This document shows positions 55,545-64,000 of a DNA stretch of 64,000 nucleotides, piece after piece; the stretch's first letter is position 1, and each line of letters opens with the position of its first letter. A program made the position numbers and the translations under genes. A model generated the notes under the pieces. That model saw only the letters and a list, made by a program, of their open reading frames with translations. It was not told where the DNA came from and made no database searches. Source of the stretch: an uncultured Gammaproteobacteria bacterium (GTDB lineage: Bacteria > Patescibacteriota > Microgenomatia > Levybacterales > UBA12049); contig CAZCCG010000001.1 in NCBI GenBank assembly GCA_964497535.1, positions 130,688-194,687 on the forward strand, read 5' to 3'.

Positions 55545-56338
55545 AAGTTATAATTTGGAAAGAGCGTTATCGCTAATTTTTTTGCATCGTTTAAAATTGC
55601 AATATTTGCCTTTGGTATGAGTGGTTTTTTTCTTTTGTACTCTGTTACTGTTCCCTGCGAAAAAAGCTGCAATGTTTTGATAACATTATGATGCTCAACA
55701 GGATAGAAAGCTTTTTGTACCTGGTGGGTTGTTTGAATTAAATCTTCAGGGTTTTTCCGCAGTAAAGAAATTGGTATCAGTTCTTTTTTTGTTGGTATTT
55801 CCATTTTTTCTGTTCGTATGATACCCCCTTTGTCAAATTCTTCCGTGACAAAATGAGTATCGCTTTCTGTCCAGGGATCTTCTCCTGTTGCCCATACATA
55901 TGCAAGTCTGGCACTATTTGTTCGGTAGGGGGTTGACATACCCGCTCCCCCGAAATCCGGCCTGCCCGGATCCATGGGTCCGGGATGCTGATTGATAATT
56001 CTGCCGTTATATTTTCGGACAATTTTTGCCGGGATAAGCAGAAGCCATCCTTGGAGAGAAATAATATCAATTTGTAAATCGTTGAGCAAGTAGAATAATT
56101 TCTCATTAAATTTTTCTCTCGTTGAGAAATTTTGTGTGTCAAGAATATGAAGTTCAACTCCCAGTTTTTTAACTCGTTCGTTTCCTTTGGCCTCACTACT
56201 ACTGGAAATAACAATAGGGTTAATTCCTGACAAATGTTTTTTTTGACACGCTTTTATAACTGCCTCGGCTGTAGTACCACCGCCGGAGATAAGGATAGCG
56301 GTTCGTAAGTTCTGAGTAATTCCTGCCAATCGTTTCAT
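55541..56338 (-). CDS. purN: phosphoribosylglycinamide formyltransferase (divergent)
   Basis: N-terminal AILISGGGTTAEAVIKA and an IINQHPGP formyltransferase-like core, in the pur operon. Motifs diverge from the canonical NIHPSLLP. Confidence 0.6.
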   Translation of the reverse strand: MKRLAGITQNLRTAILISGGGTTAEAVIKACQKKHLSGINPIVISSSSEAKGNERVKKLGVELHILDTQNFSTREKFNEKLFYLLNDLQIDIISLQGWLLLIPAKIVRKYNGRIINQHPGPMDPGRPDFGGAGMSTPYRTNSARLAYVWATGEDPWTESDTHFVTEEFDKGGIIRTEKMEIPTKKELIPISLLRKNPEDLIQTTHQVQKAFYPVEHHNVIKTLQLFSQGTVTEYKRKKPLIPKANIAILNDAKKLAITLFPNYNL

Positions 56339-57810
56339 TCTGTTTCGACAAGTTCTGATGGATACAGAGGATTTTCCAATTGGAATTTTCCTCGTTGTCC
56401 TCGCAGTGGAATTTTATATTTCCCTGTCATACAAGCAGTGCAAAACGATGTTTTTTGTGGATCAAAACTTTTCTTTGTTGTTCCTTGTTCACCCGCAGCT
56501 TTGAGTAGATTAGCAAGGGAAAGAAACTCAAGGGAATCAGCTCCAATTATTGTGCGAATTTGTTCAACATCGACACTTCCATCTTTTTTTGGTTTGCCTG
56601 CAATCAATTCTTTTTTTGTCGGTGTATCAACTCCATAAAAACACGGATCGGTGATGGGTGGACAGGCAATGCGCAAGTGTACTTCACGGGCTCCATAGGT
56701 GCGAAGAAGCGTTATAAATTCTCGCATAGTAGTACCTCGAACAATTGAGTCATCAACGACAATAACCCGTTGATTTTTCAGATTTGCGGTCATGGGACCG
56801 AATTTTATTTTAATCCCCAGTTCTCGCAGTCTCTGATCAGGTTGAATAAATGTTCTGCCGATATATCTGTTTTTAATAACGCCTTCACTGAGAGGTATTT
56901 TAGATGCTTTGGCATAGGCAATTGCTGCAGTATTGCCTGAGTCAGGAACTGACATAACCATATCTGCTTTGACCGGTGCTTGAGATGCCAGTAATTCTCC
57001 ACAGCGCTCCCGTACTTTTCCAACGCTTTGCGCGTTGAGTGTGGAATCAGGACGAGCAATGTAGACATATTCAAAAATACAAAAAGCCCGGCGTTTGATT
57101 TTTTGTCGATAAAATGATTTTGGTCCGTCTTTATCAATAATAACTGCTTCTCCTGGTTCTACTTCACGAACAAATTTTGCTCCGATACCGGGGAATACAC
57201 AATCTTCAGATGAAAATACCCATCCATCATTTACTTTTCCCAAAAGAAGCGGGCGTACGCCGAATGGATCGCGAATCCCAAAGAGCAAATCACGGGTTGC
57301 AATAACAAAACTATATGCGCCTTGTACTTTGGGAAGTATGTCATCAAACCGCTCTTCCCACGTCTGTTTTTTACTTTCCAGAAGAAGCGCTGCGACGATT
57401 TCGCTATCTGTCGTAGAGCCCAGTTTGGTGTGCTTAACTTTTTTACGCAGCTCGGCGCTATTAATTAAATTCCCGTTATGGGCAATAACGATTGATCTTC
57501 CTTCTTCTTCCAAAAGAAATGGTTGAGCATTGCAAATGTGGGAAGACCCAGTGGTAGAATATCGATTGTGTCCTACTGCAATTATTCCTTTCCCCAAACG
57601 ATTAATGTCTTTGTCAGTTTTGAATACATCACGGACCAGCCCCATACCGCGCCGCAACTTAAATCTCTTTCCGTTGCTTACTGCAATTCCGGAACTTTCT
57701 TGTCCGCGATGTTGGAGTCCATATAACGCAAAATAACTGATTCTGGCAACATCCAGATTGGGATCAAAAATTCCAAATATTCCACACTGATCATGCATCT
57801 TATCTTCCAT
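56335..57810 (-). CDS. purF: amidophosphoribosyltransferase
   Basis: N-terminal nucleophile CGIFGIF (possibly preceded by a short propeptide MEDKMHDQ), the Ntn-GATase domain, then a PRTase domain (VIVVDDSIVRGTT). Confidence 0.9.
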   Translation of the reverse strand: MEDKMHDQCGIFGIFDPNLDVARISYFALYGLQHRGQESSGIAVSNGKRFKLRRGMGLVRDVFKTDKDINRLGKGIIAVGHNRYSTTGSSHICNAQPFLLEEEGRSIVIAHNGNLINSAELRKKVKHTKLGSTTDSEIVAALLLESKKQTWEERFDDILPKVQGAYSFVIATRDLLFGIRDPFGVRPLLLGKVNDGWVFSSEDCVFPGIGAKFVREVEPGEAVIIDKDGPKSFYRQKIKRRAFCIFEYVYIARPDSTLNAQSVGKVRERCGELLASQAPVKADMVMSVPDSGNTAAIAYAKASKIPLSEGVIKNRYIGRTFIQPDQRLRELGIKIKFGPMTANLKNQRVIVVDDSIVRGTTMREFITLLRTYGAREVHLRIACPPITDPCFYGVDTPTKKELIAGKPKKDGSVDVEQIRTIIGADSLEFLSLANLLKAAGEQGTTKKSFDPQKTSFCTACMTGKYKIPLRGQRGKFQLENPLYPSELVETE

Positions 57811-57886
57811 ATATGTATCTAATTTTAAGTTTTAATTTTTCAATTTTAAATGAAATCTTAATTTGAAATATTTAAACATTTACCAT

Positions 57887-58834
57887 TCAATGAAAATTTC
57901 TAATTTCAAATTGAAAATTCCTTATATTATCGTTAATTCTTTTTTCAATATCTCCTGTATATTTTTTCAGTTTTTTTTCAGTGAGTTTTTCATAGATATC
58001 TACGTATCGTTTGCTGACGTTCTGGACAAAAGTAGCAGGCATTCTTGGGGCAATACCATCTCCGGTATATCCCCTAGCGGCAAACCAAAGCCGCAAGAAT
58101 TCTTTATCAAAGTTCTCTGGTTCTTTATTGTTCTCAAAACGGTTTTTATATGTTTTTTTGATCCAGAATCGTGAAGAATCAGGAGTATGGATTTCATCAA
58201 TCAGCATGAGCTTGCCGTTATATAACCCAAATTCATACTTGGTATCCACCAGAATAATTCCCTGCTCTTCACATAGTTTCGTACCGTATTCAAAAAGAGC
58301 CAGGGCTGCTTGTTCCATTTGTTCATAAATTTCTTTAGCAATGATGCGGGTTTTTATGATTTCATTTCTTGTTAATCGTTGGTCATGACCAATAACTGCC
58401 TTGGTTGTAGGAGTGATAACAGGGGATGGCAGCTTTTGGTTTTTTTGTAATCCTTGCGGGAATTTAAGTCCATAGATCAACCGTTGTCCTTTTTCATAGC
58501 TGCCCCAAATAGAAGTACCGGTAACGCCGGTGATATACCCGCGAACGACCATCTCAATTGGGATGAGTTCACAATTTTTAACAACTAATACATTGGGGTC
58601 AGGTACTGCAATAACATGATTTTGGATAATATCGTGGGTTTTTTCAAACCAAAATGCAGTAAGCTCGTTGAGTACGTGTCCTTTATACGGAATATATCCC
58701 AGATTCTGGTCAAATGCTGAAATGCGATCTGTTGAGATAATAATGCGTTTATTGTCTTTCACATAAAAATCCCGCGTTTTACCGGAATATTTTTTACCGA
58801 GATTTTTGAGATTAACAGTTTTAAGTACGTTCAT
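57887..58834 (-). CDS. purC: phosphoribosylaminoimidazole-succinocarboxamide synthase
   Basis: [31 protein letters not shown] and downstream SAICAR synthetase motifs. Confidence 0.85.
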   Translation of the reverse strand: MNVLKTVNLKNLGKKYSGKTRDFYVKDNKRIIISTDRISAFDQNLGYIPYKGHVLNELTAFWFEKTHDIIQNHVIAVPDPNVLVVKNCELIPIEMVVRGYITGVTGTSIWGSYEKGQRLIYGLKFPQGLQKNQKLPSPVITPTTKAVIGHDQRLTRNEIIKTRIIAKEIYEQMEQAALALFEYGTKLCEEQGIILVDTKYEFGLYNGKLMLIDEIHTPDSSRFWIKKTYKNRFENNKEPENFDKEFLRLWFAARGYTGDGIAPRMPATFVQNVSKRYVDIYEKLTEKKLKKYTGDIEKRINDNIRNFQFEIRNFH

Positions 58835-59360
58835 CTAAGTATTTTTTAAACTTTACTGTTTCAAGTTTTTGTGCTTTTTGGGAAACTTCCTGTTCCAGGC
58901 TCTTTTTGTAATCAGCAATTTTTTTTTGTATTGTTGTGTCAAAAGTGCCAAGAATACTTGCTGCTAGAATTCCCGCATTTTTTGCGCCGTTTACCGCAAC
59001 TGTTGCAACTGGAATTCCCGGCGGCATTTGCGCTATTGAAAGCAGGGAATCAAGTCCATTCATTGATTTTGTTGTGATGGGAACTCCGATAACCGGTAAT
59101 GGAGTGAGTGCCGCAACCATACCGGGTAAATGTGCAGAACCTCCTGCTCCGGCAATAATTACTTTTAGATTTTTTTGCACTGCAGTTGTTGCATATTCAT
59201 ACAATTTCTTAGGAGTTCGATGTGCTGACACAATAGTTAACTCATACGAAATTCCAAAACCATCCAAAATCTTAGCAGCATCCTGCATGACAGGAAGATC
59301 AGAATCCGAACCCATGATGATACCTACCAAACATTTCATGTTTGAATTTTTAATTTTCAT
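58821..59360 (-). CDS. purE: N5-carboxyaminoimidazole ribonucleotide mutase
   Basis: [14 protein letters not shown]...VSAHRTP...[16 protein letters not shown]. Confidence 0.85.
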   Translation of the reverse strand: MKIKNSNMKCLVGIIMGSDSDLPVMQDAAKILDGFGISYELTIVSAHRTPKKLYEYATTAVQKNLKVIIAGAGGSAHLPGMVAALTPLPVIGVPITTKSMNGLDSLLSIAQMPPGIPVATVAVNGAKNAGILAASILGTFDTTIQKKIADYKKSLEQEVSQKAQKLETVKFKKYLDERT

Positions 59361-59442
59361 TTTTCAATTTTCAGTCAAATCAAAATAATTTAAATTTTAA
59401 TTTTAAAGCATTCATTTCAAATTTTAAATTTCAAATTGAAAA

Positions 59443-60591
59443 TTATATTGTTAGTGCTTTTCTTGCCTTATTTGCTTTTTTCAAACACTCTTCAATGGTA
59501 TTTCCTACCACCGTTATGTGTCCCATTTTTCTGCCCGGTCGTGACTGCTTTTTTCCATACATATGTATCGAGACGTTTGGGATTTTCAGTGCTTTTTCAA
59601 GCCCTTTGGGAAATCCATTCCCCTGCTTTTCTCCCAAAATATTTTTCATCACGACTGCTTTACAAAGCAACGTCGTTTTACCCAGTGGCAGTCCCATAAT
59701 TGCCCGAATGTGTTGCTCAAACTGTGATGTAACAGCGGATTCTATTGTATAATGTCCGGAATTATGAACGCGAGGGGCAATTTCATTCACTAATATCTTA
59801 GCTTGCCCTAAGCTTGTCGTTGGGGTAAGGAACATTTCAATACCGAATACTCCGGCGCCGTGCAATTTTTGTACTGTTTTTATTGCCAATTTTTGTGCTT
59901 TCTCTTGAACCGTCTTAGATGTTAGTGAGGGAACAATGACAGTATCACAAATGTTATCTTTATGAATAGTTTGTGTTACAGGGTATGTTTTTATTTCGCC
60001 TTTTGTATTGCGAGCAACCATAATTGCAAGTTCTTTTGTGAAGGGAACAAATTTTTCAACATACAGTATTCGTCCTTCTAACTTTTTCATCCCTTTCTCA
60101 ATATCGGATTTATTTTTGACCAGATAGTTTCCTTTTCCATCATATGCGTCTGTCCTGGCTTTCAAAAGCAACGGATACCCGAATTTTTCTCCCGCTTTTT
60201 CAATATCTTGTTGGGTAACAACAGAAATAAATTCTGCTGTGGGAATACCATTTTTTTTGAGGAATTCTTTTTGGTGTAATTTATCTTTGATAATCTGAAT
60301 TGTTTGGGGAGAGGGATGTACTGGTATACCCTCTTTTACCAGCTGGGCTAATACCTCATCATTTACAAATTCTGCGTCAATGGTAATAACATCGACCTTT
60401 TTAGCAAGGTTGCGTGTGGTTGTTTCATCTTTATACCCGCCGGTAATTTCCTCATCAGCGACTTGTCCTGCGGGGCTGTGAGGAGTTGGGTCTGTAACGA
60501 TAACCGTAAATCCCATTTTTTTTGCCGCAAGAGTAAGCATTCTGCCTAATTGTCCTCCTCCGACAATACCGACTCTAGTTTGATAACTCAT
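59443..60591 (-). CDS. purK: N5-carboxyaminoimidazole ribonucleotide synthase (ATP-grasp); PurT not excluded
   Basis: VGIVGGGQLGRMLTLAAKKMGF N-terminus, ATP-grasp body, 382 aa, directly upstream of purE. Confidence 0.65.
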   Translation of the reverse strand: MSYQTRVGIVGGGQLGRMLTLAAKKMGFTVIVTDPTPHSPAGQVADEEITGGYKDETTTRNLAKKVDVITIDAEFVNDEVLAQLVKEGIPVHPSPQTIQIIKDKLHQKEFLKKNGIPTAEFISVVTQQDIEKAGEKFGYPLLLKARTDAYDGKGNYLVKNKSDIEKGMKKLEGRILYVEKFVPFTKELAIMVARNTKGEIKTYPVTQTIHKDNICDTVIVPSLTSKTVQEKAQKLAIKTVQKLHGAGVFGIEMFLTPTTSLGQAKILVNEIAPRVHNSGHYTIESAVTSQFEQHIRAIMGLPLGKTTLLCKAVVMKNILGEKQGNGFPKGLEKALKIPNVSIHMYGKKQSRPGRKMGHITVVGNTIEECLKKANKARKALTI

Positions 60592-61981
60592 GCTTTAATT
60601 GTTTGAGAAATGTGGTACATGCTTGTGGTGCATTGCCGATATGAGTTGTTGGATCTAAGAGTTTTCCTAAATCCTTTTTTGGTATATAGCGTGTAATATA
60701 AGAATCATTCTCCATAAGTTGGGGAAGTGGATTTTTTCCTGTTTTCTGTATGGCATCATATGCTTTCAGTGCATGGGTTCTGAGTATCTCATGTAATTTT
60801 TGTCTATCTGCTCCTTGTTTGACTGCCTCCATTAAAATACTTTCGGTTGCGCAGAACATACCATACCTAGTAAGATTTTTTTTGATTGCATGATCATGAA
60901 TAACCACGTCACTCATAATAGTATTCGCGCTTGAAAGAATTTCATCGGTTGCCAAAAAAAGTTCCGGTATAAAAACACGCCGATTTGCTGAATCATCCAA
61001 TGTTCGTTCAAGCAACATATGGGCTGCATTATCTGCCGGGAGATTTGAAAGATGAATAATATATCGTGCAAGTGAACAAATTTGTTCAGACTTCCAGGGA
61101 TTTCTTTTAAATGGCATTGCTGATGAACCAACTTGTTTTTTGCCAAACGGTTCAGATAATTCTCCAAATGCGGGTGATTGCAAAATACGAATATCAAAAG
61201 CCAGTTTATACAAAGATGCTGCAATTGAGGAAAGTACAGAAATAATAAGTTGTTCTTGTTTCCGGGGTGCCGTTTGGCTCGTAATGGTAAATGCATCCAT
61301 GCCAAGTTTTTTCATAACTTCTTGTTCAACTTCCGATGCATTTTCCATAAGTTGTGTATAACTTGCTGATGTACCGACAGCTCCTTTAAGGCCTTTTCCT
61401 TTTTGCGAGTGCTTAGCAAAACGAAGAAGTTTTAAATCCATCAGTAAATCCTGTGTGTAAAAGGCGAATCGATAGCCAATTGTTGTTGGTTCTGCGGGTT
61501 GTAAATGGGTGTATCCCATACAGGGAACATCTTTATACTGATTAATTTTTTCAGAAAATGTTTGTAAGAGGTTTTTTAATTTAATTTCAAGAAGGTCTAA
61601 TGATTCTTTTTCCCGCAGTGCATCTGCGTTGTCTTCAATATCCATTGAGGTTGCTCCTAAATGTAATTTCCCACCTCCTGTGGGTGATTGTTCTGCATAG
61701 GTTTTTATTTCTGCCATCAGATCATGGTGGATTTCTCGTTCAATTTCATGGGCACGTTCTATATCAACTGTTGTTTGATGTTTTATTAAATCGTCTAATT
61801 CTTTTTTTGTGAGGAGTCCTTTTTTGTGTTGTGCGGTTGCCAGTTCCACCCAAATTTTTCTCCAGAGTTTTCTTTTATTTTCTTCCGACCAAATAGAACG
61901 CATTTGGGGAGATCCGTAGCGCCAGGTGAAGGGGGAAAGGTAGGTCGAGAAATCAAATGTCGTTTTTGGCATTGATATCAT
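60575..61981 (-). CDS. purB: adenylosuccinate lyase
   Basis: Fumarate-lyase signature GSSAMPFKRNP. The N-terminal MISMPKTTFDFSTYLSPFTWRYGSPQMRSIWSE matches PurB. The long ORF to 62065 is probably over-extended; start taken at 61981 or 61972. Confidence 0.85.
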   Translation of the reverse strand: MISMPKTTFDFSTYLSPFTWRYGSPQMRSIWSEENKRKLWRKIWVELATAQHKKGLLTKKELDDLIKHQTTVDIERAHEIEREIHHDLMAEIKTYAEQSPTGGGKLHLGATSMDIEDNADALREKESLDLLEIKLKNLLQTFSEKINQYKDVPCMGYTHLQPAEPTTIGYRFAFYTQDLLMDLKLLRFAKHSQKGKGLKGAVGTSASYTQLMENASEVEQEVMKKLGMDAFTITSQTAPRKQEQLIISVLSSIAASLYKLAFDIRILQSPAFGELSEPFGKKQVGSSAMPFKRNPWKSEQICSLARYIIHLSNLPADNAAHMLLERTLDDSANRRVFIPELFLATDEILSSANTIMSDVVIHDHAIKKNLTRYGMFCATESILMEAVKQGADRQKLHEILRTHALKAYDAIQKTGKNPLPQLMENDSYITRYIPKKDLGKLLDPTTHIGNAPQACTTFLKQLKHELSN

Positions 61982-62063
61982 TCTTATAACCAATACTGGG
62001 GAAAAATGCAAGGAGAAAAACGATAATTGCACCTCTAATCTGGTACTGCGTGGTACAATAGGC

Positions 62064-63839
62064 ATGCCTATGGATCAGACAGCACAGATACGTCAAAAAA
62101 CAGATATTGTACAACTCATTTCCGAGTTTATAACACTGAAAAAAACCGGACATAATTTCCATGCATTATGTCCATTCCATGGAGAAAAAACTCCTTCTTT
62201 TGTGGTATCACCCGAACGACAGATCTGGCATTGTTTTGGGTGTGGTATGGGGGGAGATGCTTATACATTTCTCATGCAATATGAAAACCTGGAATTTCCC
62301 GAAGCATTGCGTATGTTGGCAAAACGAGCGGGAATAGAACTGCAGGAATCATTCAGAAATAAAGCAATCAGTTCCCAAAAAGAGCGGCTCTATAGTCTCA
62401 ATATGCTTGCTGCGGAGTTTTATCATTATTTATTAACCCGCCATCCAATTGGCAAAACTGCGCTGCGGTATTTGATAGAAGAACGGCATATTAAGCCCCA
62501 AGTAGTAGATACCTTCATGATTGGGTTTGCTCCCCGCAACGGAAATACATTGTCACAATATCTCACGCAAAAAAAGAATTATCCCCCCCAAGATTTAATT
62601 GACGCAGGGTTATCAATTCCACGGGGTCGGGATTTGATTGATTTCTTCCAGGGTCGGTTGATGTTTCCTTTGTTTGATCATCGAGATAATGTTGTAGGAT
62701 TTTCCGGCCGAGCGCTTGAGGGTTCAACGATGAGCGGGAAATATATTAATACGAGAGAAACAGTTCTATATAAAAAAGGCAATCACTTCTTTGGACTCAA
62801 TCGCGCTAAAGAGTCAATCAAAAAAGAACAGGCAGCACTGGTTATGGAAGGAGAATTTGACGTGATCTCTGCATTCCAGGAAGGTATTACCAATGCGGTT
62901 GCGGTAAAAGGGTCGGCATTGACAGAAGAACAGGTACAGCTTCTTATGCGTTTTGCCCCCAAGGTTGTATTATGTTTTGACACTGACAAAGCAGGAATTG
63001 AAGCAATTAAAAGAAGTGTACCAACTCTGGAAAGAAGAGGTGCGGCAATAACAGTCGTGGTGATTCCCGGCGGAAAAGATCCGGACGAATCGATAAAAAC
63101 AGATCCTTATGCTTTCAAACTAGCCATAAAACACGATGTGAATGTCTATGATTTTCTTATTACAAATGCGATTGCAGCGACTGCTCCAACAACTATTGAA
63201 GCAAAAAAGAAAATAACCGACGAAATACTTCCCTATCTGGCAGCGATTGAAAATGAAATCGTGAAAGAACATTTCCTCAAAAAATTAAGCAACGAACTTG
63301 ATGTGTCATTTGAAAGTTTGGTCAAGCAAACGGATAAATTAAAAGCAAAAAATACCAAGCCGGAAACAATTATCCCCATATCCAAAGGCAAACGACCTCG
63401 TGAAGAAGTATTGGAAGAATATTTGTTGGCTCTTATTGTCCAGAGTAAAGATCCGTTTTTGTCTGCTGAACATGCGATGGAGATTATTGCTTCATTGGAT
63501 TTTAGTATTCCTGCATACCAAAGATTATTGGAGCATGTAGTCACTTTTGGAAAGGGGCATCATTTTGAAGGGAAGAAATTTTCAGATGAATTACCGGCAG
63601 AATTGCAGCATGCCTATGACACCTGTTATTTATTACCATTGCCTGACTTCAAAAATGACGGCATGGCGCTTGAAGAGCTTGAAAAAGTGGCACAGGACAT
63701 TAAAAAGATGAAGCTGAAGGAGAAAATAAAGGTTTTGAGTGATCAAATCAAAAAAGCAGAATCGGACAATAATCAGGAGCAACTGGCAGTTTTGCAGCAA
63801 TCTTTTCAGCAAACCCTATCCTCTATGAAGTCGGAGTAA
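62064..63839 (+). CDS. dnaG: DNA primase
   Basis: CHC2 zinc finger CPFHGEKTPSF...HCFGCGMGGD, a TOPRIM domain (EGEFDVIS...DTDKAG). Confidence 0.9.
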   Translation: MPMDQTAQIRQKTDIVQLISEFITLKKTGHNFHALCPFHGEKTPSFVVSPERQIWHCFGCGMGGDAYTFLMQYENLEFPEALRMLAKRAGIELQESFRNKAISSQKERLYSLNMLAAEFYHYLLTRHPIGKTALRYLIEERHIKPQVVDTFMIGFAPRNGNTLSQYLTQKKNYPPQDLIDAGLSIPRGRDLIDFFQGRLMFPLFDHRDNVVGFSGRALEGSTMSGKYINTRETVLYKKGNHFFGLNRAKESIKKEQAALVMEGEFDVISAFQEGITNAVAVKGSALTEEQVQLLMRFAPKVVLCFDTDKAGIEAIKRSVPTLERRGAAITVVVIPGGKDPDESIKTDPYAFKLAIKHDVNVYDFLITNAIAATAPTTIEAKKKITDEILPYLAAIENEIVKEHFLKKLSNELDVSFESLVKQTDKLKAKNTKPETIIPISKGKRPREEVLEEYLLALIVQSKDPFLSAEHAMEIIASLDFSIPAYQRLLEHVVTFGKGHHFEGKKFSDELPAELQHAYDTCYLLPLPDFKNDGMALEELEKVAQDIKKMKLKEKIKVLSDQIKKAESDNNQEQLAVLQQSFQQTLSSMKSE

Positions 63840-63886
63840 TACTGATTGTAGTTTCATTGAGGCTGGTTTTGTGGTAAAATAGACCT

Positions 63887-64000
63887 ATGAACAAAAAAAT
63901 TATCCCGGTAGTCTCAGAGATTGTTACTCAGGCAAAAAAAAGAGGCTATATCACCCAGGAGGAAATCCTCAACTTTTTCCCCAAACCCGAACAATATTTG
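63887..64000 (+). CDS. rpoD: RNA polymerase sigma factor RpoD, N-terminal fragment (continues beyond the window)
   Basis: An ATG at 63887 opens MNKKIIPVVSEIVTQAKKRGYITQEEILNFFPKPEQY with no stop before the window end. Canonical dnaG-rpoD order. Confidence 0.5.
   Translation, partial: MNKKIIPVVSEIVTQAKKRGYITQEEILNFFPKPEQYL

Noticed and set aside
1-64000. tRNA, rRNA, tmRNA, RNase P RNA, transposase or integrase genes
   Set aside because: I scanned the intergenic regions for T-loop (GGTTCGAAT/GTTCAAAT-type) and other hallmark motifs and found none. Detection by eye is limited and a tRNAscan/Infernal run is needed.

Overview
This is a 64 kb window from a compact, low-GC bacterial genome with short intergenic regions and many overlapping gene boundaries. 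A few hallmarks suggest a Patescibacteria/CPR-like organism (a DUF4012 giant protein, membrane-anchored solute-binding protein, short YidC), but that is uncertain, and a near-complete purine pathway here argues against a typical CPR. Gene order: (1) the chromosomal origin locus, with dnaN (partial) and dnaA on the minus strand, rpmH-rnpA-yidD-yidC-jag on the plus strand, and DnaA boxes in both flanking intergenic regions; (2) envelope polysaccharide genes (O-antigen-ligase-like, flippase-like), rnhA, a 901-aa DUF4012 membrane protein, a fused AccD-AccA carboxyltransferase and a TerC-family protein; (3) a minus-strand block with an Nth-like glycosylase lacking the Fe-S cysteines, a small ORF, a hexokinase-family kinase, a HAD-IIB phosphatase and a hypothetical gene; (4) the locus I consider most interesting. 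It comprises an atypical regulator (degenerate P-loop NTPase-like N-terminus plus C-terminal OmpR/PhoB-type winged helix) and, downstream of it, two tandem cassettes. Each cassette has 3-5 direct repeats of TTCGGGAAT at roughly 11-bp spacing, a near-consensus sigma70 promoter, strikingly GC-rich small ORFs encoding Cys-containing peptides/proteins (78 aa plus 129 aa; 56 aa), and a GC-stem terminator. The composition looks foreign relative to the AT-rich host; a third GC-rich gene with the same -10 element (GCTATACTT) and terminator style lies at 28.1-28.8 kb; (5) valS (HIGH motif reads HTGN), nudix, def, rplY, ruvC-ruvA-ruvB, a TrmB-like regulator with a Liv-type ABC transporter (SBP, two permeases, two ATPases), an MBL hydrolase, a P-type cation ATPase, a GT-C-like membrane protein, comM, guaB, add, guaA, a HAD hydrolase, inositol-1-phosphate synthase and a LysR regulator; (6) a minus-strand de novo purine operon, purB-purK-purE-purC-purF-purN-purD-purL(N-terminal extension)-purQ-HAD-purM; and (7) dnaG with the start of rpoD. 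I found no rRNA, tRNA, CRISPR array, transposase or integrase. Several short interspersed repeat families are present: a 25-nt block upstream of dnaA and of the nth operon, a 33-nt TGTCATTGCGAG... repeat, a TGTCAT-hairpin repeat, and AT-rich hexamer palindromes between cistrons in the ruv, liv and pur operons.
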